Positions 48,701 to 60,399 of a DNA stretch of 64,000 nt are shown here, piece after piece. Each line of letters opens with the position of its first letter. Position 1 is the stretch's first letter. The notes beneath the pieces are model-generated. The model made no database searches. It was not told where the DNA came from and saw nothing but the letters and a program-made list of their open reading frames with translations. Where the stretch lies: NCBI RefSeq assembly GCF_000315625.1, contig NW_005434669.1, forward strand, positions 904,330-968,329, written 5' to 3'. The translations under genes were made by a program, and so were the position numbers. The stretch is from Guillardia theta CCMP2712. Lineage: Eukaryota; Protista; Cryptophyta.

Positions 48701-51700
48701 GTACATTGGTCGCATCGATCGTTCATGACGATCTTGCAGACAGCCACGTTCCCCTTGGAGTTGAACTGCTGGCCGTAGAGCTCAACGGACATGTTGAGGC
48801 CCAGAGGGAAGAGGAGGATGTCGTGCTCTGTCGAGTTGATGCCGAACCGCAACAGTATCATCTCTTCGATCGACTGGGGGGCCGCAGCTCTCAAGGAGTA
48901 GAAGGCGAAGTCAGACTGCTCGAAGAAGCGGTCTTGACCCAGGAACGAGTAGCAGAGGACAAGTTGCCTTTCAGTCTGCTGTGCGTTCACGCCAGCGGGC
49001 CAGGCAGGGACTGTCAGGGAAAAGCCTTCCTGGTTGAATTGCCCGACGTCAGAGAAGTCAGGAAGCCCACAATGCTCAGGGTCTGCGAGCTTGAGGACGG
49101 CGAACTTTGACTCGACAACTCCTTGACACGAGATGTTGATAACCTGCCCGTTCTCCCAGCTGGAGGGCTGGCAGGCGGTGAGGGACGCCGAGTTGGCCTT
49201 GTCAAACGTGTCAAGAAACACGTAATATCGACTGGACGGCAGAGCCTGAGGCCCAGGAAGCCAGGTCCCATCCTCTCCGTTCTGCGTGCTGACACAAGTG
49301 AAGTACTCTCCGACGCTGGGGAGGGAGGAATTGATCGCAAAGGACTGATTTCCCTGCCCTTGGTCCAGGACCTGGGTGAAGGTCCTCCCATCAGCGCAGT
49401 CGGGCCTTCCCAGCCATGGGTGAATGTGAGTCGAGAAAGCGACGCGAGAGTTGTAGGAGAAGTCGACTCCTACGAACTTGAAGTAGTAGTGCACGTCCGC
49501 GGGCAGCCTCAGGCGGTAGCTCCCGTCTAGCGGGTCCTCTTCACCTTGGATGCAGATAGAGCTTGCCTCGCCGCGCTGGCATGCGCTCTGCTCAGCGGAA
49601 GGGTGGCAATGGCAAACTTGCACGTTGCTGACGTCACCGGGTCGAAAGGCATCGATGACCTTGAGGCTGACCTGGTTCTGAAGGAACGACTGAGAGCTCT
49701 GATCGAAGTAAGAGACTGAGTAGCAGATTCCGTACAGCCCAGGTGTTGTGAAAGGCTCGAAAGTGGCGTCGGAGTAAGGAACGGCGCCGTCAGACCCTTG
49801 GAGAAGGAACTCAGCATTCGATGCTTGAGAGCAGTTGGTGTTTGCCTCTGCGAAAGCAACACGAGTGAAAGGAGAGAAGATCGCCCCAGTAAACGTCATG
49901 GCCACCACGTTGCTGATCGTGATACGGTCAGGGAAAACTTGTGTCAGAGTGCTTTCATTCGCTTGTGGGAACACGTAGAGGTAGACGTCTTGCAGGGAAA
50001 GGAACGACCCTGGATCGGTGCCGAGAGTAGAGTAGCAGACGGTATAGTTGCCGACACTGGCGATAGAGAATGTGACAGTGGGGGTGTCAAACTGGACTTT
50101 CACCTCCGGGTCGTGGCAATTGACGTCGGTAGAGAAGCCAAGGTATGTGTAGTTGTCTGCATGCAGGGTAGCCCCGGTTAGCAAGGGCAGGAGGGTGAAG
50201 GTGGGACTGAGTTCCTGTGAGATCCTGTGCGGAGAGATGGATAGAATCGAGTGATGGCTGGCCTGGTAGATTGCCTCTATGACGATTGAGCTCTGCCTTA
50301 TGAAAGAACCGCCAGGCGAGTCTGTAGAGTAGAAGAGATACCAAAGGCCAGGCATCGTGAGGTTGACGTAAAGGTTGTTGGTAAAGAAGTTGAGAAAGAT
50401 CCTGGAAGGGCACGAGATGTTCATGCTGCAGCTCTGGTGCAGGAACAAGAGGCCAGAGTAGGAGGAGAACAGGTTCCTTGGCTCGATGTGGAGGGGGAAG
50501 GAGATCAGCGACGGGATCCTTCCCGGGGTCACTGACTGCACGCTAGCCGACGAGGCCTGTGCGATCACCGTGAGAGTGACTGGCTGCTTCTCAAACGACT
50601 GACCGCTGCTGGTGCTGTAACACACTGACAAAACACCCGGAGAGATTTCAGGAGGGATAAAAACTTCGAAGAGCGCGGTCGAGTTGCCGCTGCGCGAGAA
50701 AGCGAGGGAGCCAGGCTCGCAGTCCGAGGTAGAGATCGCCAAAACGCTGAAGACTGAAGGAAAGTAGCCTGAGAAGTTCAAGAGGGCAATCTGACTTGAG
50801 ATGATGATCCGCTCGCTGATAGTGAAGATGCTGCTGTTGCTTGCGGGAGAGAAGATCTCAAGGAGGACGTTCTGCTGCAGCAACTTCGCGCTGTCCCCTC
50901 CGTTTGTCTGGATCAAGATGTCATAGAGACCGACAGCGTCCAAGACCATCTCGACTCGGTTCCCGTAAATCGGGAAGGAAGCGTTAGTCTGACTGCCACC
51001 TTGCAAGGTCATCGTGAGGAAGTAATCTCCTGGCAAGGGAGGAAAGATATTGTTGGGCAAGGTGAGATTGATCGCATATCGGGCCGGGACCTTGGAAGGG
51101 AAGACTGCGGTCAGAATCTGTGAGTTGCCTACCACGTCGATCTGAACAGACTGGAGGATCCACATGGAAGAGGCGTCAGAGCCGTTAGTGCTGTAGCAGA
51201 CGTGGTACATCCCCTGAGGGAGCTCGACCCGCACGGCAGGCACTTCCTGCTCCGTATCCAACGGCATCACGAGGGTGTAGCTTTGAAAGCTGCAGGAGGA
51301 CGTGTTCGTGAAGGCGACAAAGGTCAAACTTGAGTAGCGCGCTCCGTACAGCATGATGGTGGCGTTGGACGTACCGAACCTTGAAGGGACGATGCTGGTG
51401 ATGGAGGAGTTGGTGGCTGGCGGCTGCGAGAGCACTTTGACCTTTTTTTGGAGCACGTACGACGAGCTGGTAGAGTAGCAGACGTAGACGAGCTGGTCGG
51501 GCCCAGCAAAGTCATTCATGACGTAGGCAACCACCGAAGTGGTCAGGTCAGCCTCCCAGGCAAACCAACCATCGCAAGATTCGACGAGGCTGAGAGCAAC
51601 TTTTGACTGGACGCTGCGAAAGGCTCCTTCAAAGGTGACGTCAAGGCCTTGATACTTAGGGATGGCAAGGATGAAGTAGCCAGACAAGAAATCGATTGAG

Positions 51701-54700
51701 TCTTTGACAGCGAATTGGATGAAATTGATAGGTGCTGAAGGGATTCCAAGGATGTCTGTGGCGTTGGATAGGAGGCGGAGGTTGTAGAGGTTGACAGAAG
51801 CTGGAGGGAGATTGGGCGTTTGACAGAGGATGAGAGAAGCGTTCACGAAGGTGGAGGGAGACGGAGGCAGGTTTGTGTTGTCAAACACACACTGGATCTC
51901 CTGCTCTGCAGAGAAGCCTCGTCCAACGATGGAAACAGTGTATGATTCATTCCATGGGACGATCTGGGGGCTGACAGAGAGCCAATGAGGGAGGAATTGA
52001 AAGTCTTGATAAGACCCATAAACCATGCCTCGACGTTTGATGGCGTACGTGCAGGCACTCGACTGGCTGGCAGAGTCCGAGCAAGATTGGTTGACCCAGT
52101 ACACGCTGAGGTTCACACGCTCCGCGTGATACTCCACTCCCCATGCTGGGACTTCGCACAGCAGACTGTCAGCAGAGACTTGGGCAACGGGTGACCACTG
52201 CTTCCCTGCCTGCCCCAAGAACTGGCACCTATATGCCTCTTGCGGCATGAAACCGAACCCTGTGACCGTGAGCAAGCTTCCGCCTGCCGCACTCGCATGA
52301 GAAGTCGCCTCGATCCATGTTGTGAAGAAGTAGTACAAGTCTTGACCAGCAGGCCCGATGAAGCTGATGTCTTGACTCGCGTTGAAGCTGCACAAGCTCT
52401 GACCTTCACAGCCCTGAGATGTCTGGTGGACTTTCACACGCGTGACAACCCCTTGCCTGAAGTCAGTCGGGGTAAAGGTCCCAATCAAGCTTTGGTTGTA
52501 AAGGTTTGGAGTTCTGCAATAAACCTCACACGCCCCGTTGTTACAGTGTGAGTAAGACTCCGACGATGACGTCACCTTGGTGTCCTGACCGTAGATGTCG
52601 AAGACACATTCATAGCTCGTGTTGCAATCTGCTGCGATTCCATTCAAGATCAACATGACGTGCTCCTCCCCAAACGCTTCGCCTTGGCTCGAGTTGAGGT
52701 TGTGCCATGAGCTCTGAAGACAGAAACTTCTCTCGTCCCCATGAAAGTTGATTGCAACCAAGTCACGGAGGACAGTCACGTCCACCAGGATGTTGCAGTC
52801 CAGCCCTGCGGGGAGCTGGCAAAGGATCTCATTGAAACTTGGGACGAACGCCGTCGTGGTTTCATTCCAAGTTGCAGATGTGAACTTGCAGGCGTACTGC
52901 GCTTGGTAGGGCGAGAACCCATACCCAAAGATGGAGATGTTAGTCGGAAAAAAAGGTTTGTTGAGAGGCAAGGAGAAAGAATTCCAGACTTCGGACACGA
53001 TGAGAGATGGAGATGTACACGAAGTGAACTCAGAGGGCAGGAGAATCCCACACTCCGGGTTGACGAAGGGAACAATCTCGTTGTTCCACAAAACTTGCAG
53101 GACAAGCTGCTCTGACAACGTGTAGTTGCCAGACCTGGTAGATTCGACAAGGAGAGGAGACATGTGGCAGATGAGCCTGTTCGGTGAGGGAGCAGATGCA
53201 CTGAGAGAGAGGTTGACCGATGATTCAGCTATCCGGGTGAGCTTGCACGAGAAGAGCTCCGAAGTTTGATCGAAACCGTATCCTTCCACCTCGAACCAGG
53301 CGCTGCCGTCGGCAAGCACCTCCGTGACATTCTTTTCATACCAAGTCGGATAGATCCGAAAGCGAAACGACTCTTCCTTGTCAGCAGGAACATAAGGGAT
53401 CGTCTCCAGATGCTCGTTCTCAAGCGAAAGCGTCATCTGTACCTGGCAACTTCCCACACTCTCGCACGTGCCGCCCCCTGTACAATCACTGTGCTCAAAA
53501 CAAGCATGACCGGTATTCGGCGCTTCGCAGAAGCATGTTCCCCGGCCACCGTTGCATATCGGATAACTGATGTTTCCCCTGTACCCACAGGTGCAGTAGC
53601 CATTGCAAGTGCCTGTTCGCTGGTAGTAAGTCCCTCCCTTGCACGTCCCAGCGCAGTTGGAGTGGATCCTTTGCATCGTGCACCAGGCGTTGTTCTCACT
53701 TCGCCCATCGCAGACGGGGTAACTTGCGCTGTCGTTCCAGCTGGGAATGCTGCACACCACCTTCGGCGAGACGCTCAAGAGATCAGGGGAGACGAAGGAT
53801 GGTTTGGAAAACCCACTGACACTCTGCAAGTACCTCCCATCCTTGGAGGTCAAGGAGAATTTGCAACGATAGGCGTCACCATACTCCTCGTGGTCGTACA
53901 CCAAAGTGCCGGCAAAGAATCTTGGAGAGGACTTATCTCCCCACACTTGAACCACCTGAGGACTATTCGTGGTGAAGGAGCCGATGGACAAGACCACACC
54001 AGGTCTGACGGCAAGGAAGCCATCAGAGAAGACAGATGCGTTCTCACATCTGGAAGCTCCGCATCCGTTGGAGCAACAATCCATCTTGTTCTGCGCGTAT
54101 GACGCGCAGCAAGTCGACCCCGGTGCTTGCACGTCTTCCTGCAGGAAATACTTGATCCCCTTCGAGTCAACTACCAAGATGGTGTACGTCCCGCCAGCAG
54201 TAAAAGAATAAGGCTCAGAGAACCGACACATTGTGGGGTCTTCGTATACGCATGTCCTTGAATCCCAGACAAAATTGTCCAACGATTGCTCCTTTCCTGT
54301 TCCCAGGAAATTTCCTCGTGCAATTGAAACATAGATGCCGTCATCAACTCTTTCGACTCTTTCTAGTCTCAGTGCCACCAGAGTAGAATTTCTCTTGGCA
54401 AAGACTTCAAACATCGATCCTGGCAAACTTGTATCCCCATTCCATGCCATAGGCAGGATTTGACGCAAGGTCTGATTGACTGACGTAGTCAACGACAGGT
54501 TGTACTCGCCCACAAGACCAGGATTGACTCCCCTGGTGTACAGCTCGATCGGAGTTCCACCAAATGCCGGAGCTTGAGTTATATTCACGGAATACCAAGA
54601 ACCACGACTGAACTCATGCGTGATCGAAGGAATCGTCCGGTTGTAGCTGGACCACAAGGGAAAGTACTGCTCGTTGTCAATCCGAAGCGAATCACGCTTG

Positions 54701-56169
54701 ATCGGACTATCAGTCATGTTGGTTCGCAATACTATCATGCCAATGCTGATGGGATCTTTGTTCGGGTAAAGTGCTCCCCATCCGGCGATTCTCTTGTGAG
54801 ACTCAGAGAAGAAAGTATCCCGAGTGAGCGAGTGATTGAGAAAGCTATACAGACTGACGGTTGGCATCCAACCGCTCATCATCGAAACTTGAGAGACATT
54901 ACATGTAGCGTAAGTACTGTTCTTGATCATGGCTTTGATATACAGTCTTTCTTCTGGGAGCCATGAGTAACCCGTGGAATTCGACCGCCAAAGGGAGCAA
55001 TAATAGCTATTTTCAGCAGAGAAGCCAGCACCAAAGATTTCAAGGATACTCTTATCATTGAAGGTCAATGGCGACACGTGGGAGATCTCAGAGGTGAAGA
55101 AAAGCTGAAAGGACGACTCGTGCATACTTGCTCCGTCCTTGCTCCAAAGTTTCAAACTCACAGCAGCTGGTGCCCAATCCCATCGCGGGATCGGGCATGA
55201 CAGGTACGTAGAGTCAACGAAGAGACACGGATTTGAATAGATGTAAGTCTGATTGCTCTGGTCCCAAAACTTCAACTTGTAAAACTTCTGGTCGCCGTAA
55301 GACCGCAGGAATCCGGCCCCACGGACTGCAAGAGTAGCCCCTCCCCCCACGGGAGAAACGCACTGAACCAAGCCTGTCTCATTCTGGCATTCAACGACTT
55401 CCTCCTGTGTCGTTTTCGAGCCCTCATAGTCTGACGGCGGATATATCATCTTAGGGACGGAGCCTGTTATCCTATTTACAATAGACATGTATTGGAAAGA
55501 CTGTGAAGTGGCATCCATCGGAAGTGCGCCACCACCTTGCCTTGTGATGGTAATCAATACTGCTCCCTCTCCAGAAGACGTTGCGGGGCTGACAACATAC
55601 AGCTTGTGGCTTTCCGTGACATTGGCGATTGAGAAATTATGACCGGAGCCATATTCGCTGTAGGGTTTTGAGAAATCTACAACATAGACAGACCCGACTA
55701 CGAACCCGCACCCTTCGACTGTGACCGTGGTACCTCCCAGGACACCTGAGTACTGAGGGAAAGGTAATCTCCAAGCATTCGACGCCCCTCCACCCGCACA
55801 GTTCAGGCCGTCCCCCAATGTTGGTTGTGCCGCGCCATTCAGAACCAAGAAAGTAAAAATCCCTAGAAAGAAAGACCATCGCTGTGGCTCAAACCGAGTA
55901 TAGAATACAGCATTATCAACAGAGGAACGTGTACAGTTTCCAGGCCGACATGCCTTGCATCTCTGAGACCTTCGAGAAACATGGCTGGTCTCCGAAATCC
56001 ATGCTGGTATCCTCCGTTTTGAATTTCCCTCGTCATCAATCGCACATGGCGATTGTATGCTGGTGCGCCGAGATTGAGTCATACCTGTTCTCCCTCCCTC
56101 GCCTTCCTCTCTTTCTCTAGCTCCTCGTCTTAGCTGCATGCTCTCTCTGCTGCCCTGAGACTGCTGCAT
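27786..56169 (-). CDS. Giant (~8,800 aa, estimate) multidomain cell-surface protein: N-terminal hydrophobic anchor, IPT/TIG, novel Cys-containing repeats, cadherin-like repeats, FN2, LamG, EAR/EPTP, lactonase-like blades, PAN, Rax2-like propeller
   Basis: The four long ORFs (2933, 776, 1222, 3108 aa) and the small ORFs between them are linked by short introns that restore frame, e.g. FFK|TVPG (~47397-47350), GSQ|YVKF (~45082-45031) and HNE|DRV (38813-38752). Repeat units run across these junctions. Final stop after QFLAMV at 27786. Some small central exons were only approximately resolved. Confidence 0.85.
28963..29160. repeat. 23-nt G-rich minisatellite (GGTGGAGGGGAGGGAGAGGAGWA) in an intron of the giant gene
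   Basis: About 8.5 tandem units. Confidence 0.92.
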
Positions 56170-56561
56170 GTCCCACCAGCTTTACCCTTTCCCCCAGCCA
56201 TGTCGACCACAGTGCTTGGCTTGACTAGTGCCCTCATACCTCATGTGTAAATAGTTGGCGTGCCCGAAGCAAATGTTTTGATCATTTGAACCATTTACTA
56301 TTGAAGCTCTTATAAAATTATCCTCCAAGTCCAATTTTTATCCAGAATCCAAGCCAATCTGCATTGGAGCATACCACCCCTCTCAACCCTAGCCCCGAAG
56401 AGTCAAACTCTCCATGACCGTCCATTGCTCAGATCAAATAGGGGGTACTTCAGCACTTCGTACCACCCTACCCCATCTTTCTCCTGGGCATCCCTGGTCT
56501 ACCGGCATCTCAGGTCTCTACTGGGTTTCAACAATCCATACATGCAAGGCTTGTAGCGACG

Positions 56562-57535
56562 ATGCAGCCGGTGGAAGCGCTGAATGCTGCCCTGGCGAAG
56601 ACAGAGATAGAGACAGAGAAGGAGGTGAGGAATTCACCGTGTGCTGTAATCCTTCGTACACAGCTCTTTTCTGGTATGCCACTTTTTCGGCCGATCATTT
56701 TGGGATGTTGCTATTGTTTCCTGTTTCCTTCTTGTTTCATGGCACTTAATCATTGTTGAATGATGCTGATGACTGATGTATGGACTTGTAGTTGTTCAAC
56801 GAAGAGCTACAGAGGTTTGGGGTACAAAAGGTTCTTCATGCTCGCAAAACACGGCATCGGGCATGCCAGAGGTACTGGAAATTAGTCGCCTCGAAGCGAG
56901 ACAGGTTTCGACTGGTGGCAGACAAGGTCGATCTGCTCGCTAGGCTATCATCGTACATGATGTATGCGTGGCTCACCATCTACGTGAATCAAAACCCTCC
57001 GGCGATTACTGAGTATCCTTTGGCTGAATGGATCATCGCCTGCTGGGGCTGCCTCTGTGTCCTCTGCTGCACGATGCACATGCTGATCTTGATGGTGGCG
57101 AATCTGATCCATGTTGCCATCATGAATCTCTCAGCAAAGGAGGACCTCGTTGATGAATTGCGGAATGATCGTGTCTACCATCATGAGAAGAAAGTGCTCG
57201 AGCCCTTCAGTCGTGCCTGTATGACGGTGGCGGAGCTTGACATGGTGTGGGAGGGTTTCTTCGACAAGTGGTATTCAAGGTTGGTGTACAGCTTCTCTCT
57301 CAGCATTCCTGTCTCGTTCTTGACCTTGGTGTTCCTTGCGCACGTCAAATTCTACATGTCAATTGCAAGCTCGTGGATTTCTACTGCAATCGGCATCGTT
57401 GGGGTCCTTGTGTGGGTTCGATTTCATTCGCCACTCGTTGCTTACCTGATGGTCAAACATCCAGCAAGCGTGATAATTGACGCTGAGACCCGTCTGAAGG
57501 AGCTGAAACAATTCTTGGATCCCACACATGCGTAG
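56562..57535 (+). CDS. Orai (CRAC channel)-family 4-TM protein with a divergent pore, 2 exons (268 aa)
   Basis: Intron 56625-56791. TM1 ARLSSYMMYAWLT aligns with Orai1 ALLSGFAMVAMVE. TM2 IIACWGCLCVLCCTMHMLILMVANLI aligns with [25 protein letters not shown]. TM3 ends FLAHVKF (cf. LLCWVKF). TM4 SSWISTAI (cf. AAIASTTI). Confidence 0.8.
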
Positions 57536-57808
57536 GTTGACCTTGTACATTATGTGATATGATTTACAGTATATCTGAAATCTTTTGAAACTGTTGTTCT
57601 GAAAGCTATTCTCCATTGTGTGTAGACCACTGCTGCGTGACCATGACACTAGCTCAGACCTCTGCGACTGAATCTGCAAGATCCCTCCTTGAAACCCAAG
57701 TATAGAGAAGCGATTGTTCAGTTTAATCAATATTTTTACACATCATGAGATCTCATGACCTTTCAACAATAACTCTGGACCCCTTCGGCTCCATTACGTT
57801 GTGCAATA

Positions 57809-60139
57809 TCAGGTTTCGATTCTGCTACATGTGTCAACAGCCCATTGAACAAACCAACAAGCAGGGATAACCTTCTTTGCCTTCACACGCGCTAGTTTTG
57901 CGGCCCTGTTAGAATCCAACGTTGCTGGATTATGAGAACCCAGGGTGCCTCTGAGATGCTTGTGCGCCATCACCGCATGCAAACTGATCGAGCTCATCGT
58001 CAGTTGGCAGGTGAAGATAACCCAATCATAGGGAAGAGAGAAAATCTCTGCACCTGCTCATGCGGCTGACTAGATGGCCAGAATCCTGCCCCTTGAGCAT
58101 TGCCTTGATAGTTGCCTTCTTCGAGCCTGAATCGTGGTAGTATGCGTGATAGATGGGGCCCTGGACATACATCAGCATCAGCATGTACACGCTCAAGAGA
58201 TGTTTCAATGCACAAACCGGCTGCCCGGCAGTCCCTCTGATCCCCTCGTTGCCCGGCTCGCCCTGAGGGCCCGCAGGTCCCGGCAGACCAGGGGGTCCAC
58301 GAGCACCCCTGTCAACGGAGATCTCAGCACACAGGGAGAGAGCTTCGGAGCGGTGCTGTATCGATGAAGAATGGCCGAGATAGTGTACCTCTCTCCCTCG
58401 CTGCCCTGCGATCCTTGTTTACCAGGTGCCCCCGGAGGACCCTCGAGTCCAACCTGCATCAGGGAATTATGAAGATGGAAAGGAGACCTTCCAGATATTA
58501 TGGAACGAAGGGGGAGTGTAAAGGTCAGGGCGATGGAAGGGGAGGGCCAGGGAAGGGCGATGGTGGAAGAGAATCATACAAAGCCTTGTGGTCCAGGTGC
58601 ACCAGGGAGTCCCTAAAGAGGATATCGTTAAGCTTCACTCCCCGGACAAGAATGTCCCACCTTTTCTCCAGGTTGTCCCTGGAGTCCAACCGGCCCGCGC
58701 TGTGAAGATTTGAGAGAGCATAGAGAATCAAGAGGGAGAGAAATTGCGAACCTTGCCCGGAAGCCCTTGCAGGCCTGTCATAAGGCAGTCAACGACTACA
58801 ACCTCGATCAGAGCTCGTGCTCACCCGGAATGCCGTTCTTTCCTCTCAGTCCCGGCATTCCTTGCGGTCCCTTAACCCCCTCAACCCCCGGTGCACCCAT
58901 TGCGCCTGAGACCTTGAAGTGAACAAACTTGATTCCTCCATCAACAGGCAAACCTCGTGGTCCCATGATCAGGTTGTCTCTGCCAGGGCGACCGGGCAAT
59001 CCATTTGCTCCGTTCATACCCGGAGGGCCCTGACGACCCGGGGACCCGGTGACTCCTGGAGGTCCCTGAGGACCCCTGGAGCCCGGAAGGCCTTCACACT
59101 AAGGTAAGTACAGATGCCAACTGATCCAAGTAGGCAACCTGGTGGGCCTGGTGGGCCTCGGATTCCAGGTGCGCCTGGAAGCAAGCTTCCAGGGATGCCG
59201 GGTAATCCTCTCATGCCACGAGGTCCGGGGAATCCAGGAGGCCCTTCAGGGCCCGGCGGGGGAGATTCATCCTCAATTCTCTTCAGAGCGGCTTCCAGCT
59301 CCTGGTTCGACTCTTGGATGCTATCAATCTTCTCATCCAACTGTTCCTTCAAGCGCTCCTCGTGTCTGAGCGAAGCCTTGATGTGTTTCATGTCGTTTTC
59401 TAGTCCGGTAAGCTCACTCAAGGAAGCCAGGTTCTGTGCTTGGGTCGCACGTATCGCCCACACAGGATCATCAGGCTGACCGTCTCCTGCAATCATCAGG
59501 CCTGACCCTGGAGCAGCATAGATCCCAGAAGGGCTCGCGGCACTGGGCCAGACTCCCAAGGGATCAGCCATGTTGCATGGGCGATGACACGGCGGACAGG
59601 TGGGGCATGGATCACAACAGTTTCCTGGACTGTGGTACCATCCATGCAGGATGCCGTTGGGAAAGCGCGAGGGAGAGAAGTCGTTGATGGAGCCAGACAC
59701 CACATAGACGAGCTCAGATGCTGCTGGGTCTGCACGTCCAGCCACCACCCAGGATATCACAGCGATGGATCCTATAGCCAGGGCAGTTGCCACTATGGCT
59801 ATGTGATTCCTACTCAGAATAGATTCAGCATGAAATCGACAAGAAATCAAACATAACATGGTGATATCAAGTTTTTTGCACCAAAAGTCAGGGGTTAGAC
59901 CGCCAAAGATCAACCAGAGGGAAGAGGGCAAAGTGGATAGAACAATCAAGAACGAAAGTATACTGAGAGAGAAATATTTCAGCGTTTCAGTTTTCTCTAA
60001 ACCTCATCACAACAAAAGCACAATAATTCAAGGATTATTCTTCTCTCATGTACCACATTTCGATCATCCATTAAGCACTGTCCGCTGGTCCTCTGCTTCA
60101 TATACATTACCATTGTTTAGCCGGGTATACCGGCACCAT
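57809..60139 (-). CDS. Type II membrane collagen-like protein (TM - Cys/Pro motif - coiled coil - Gly-X-Y repeats); multi-exon, 3' end approximate
   Basis: MVPVYPAKQ|WNHIAIVATALAIGSIAVISWVVAG; CCDPCPTCPPCHRPC; heptad region LTGLENDMKHIKASL...LEAALKRI; many GXY exons (GPEGPPGFPGPRGMRGLPGIPG, GVEGVKGPQGMPGLRGKNGIPG, GLPGPAGPQGEPGNEGIRGTAGQP). Confidence 0.87.
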
Positions 60140-60399
60140 TTTCCAGGAGAGCCGCCTGCTGTGGCAGGGAGGGTTGTTCAATGCGAAGGGGTCATGGGGC
60201 TTGATATTTTATTAGCTAAATATTGTTTGTAAACGTTTTTACTTAAATAATTGAACAGTATTGTCATTAGAGTGGTGGGGTGAGTGTACGAATTTTTGTC
60301 TCTTCGAACATAAAGCTCCAAAGCGCCATCTATCATAAACCTCATCGCCCAGTTCGGGAGTCAACATCCACGCATCGTCCTCACGGTGGGACGGATTTC

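Noticed and set aside
29209-56169. Four separate giant genes, or a bacterial contaminant/insert
   Set aside because: The ORFs are joined by spliceosomal introns in mid-repeat, and the downstream ORFs lack their own signal peptides.
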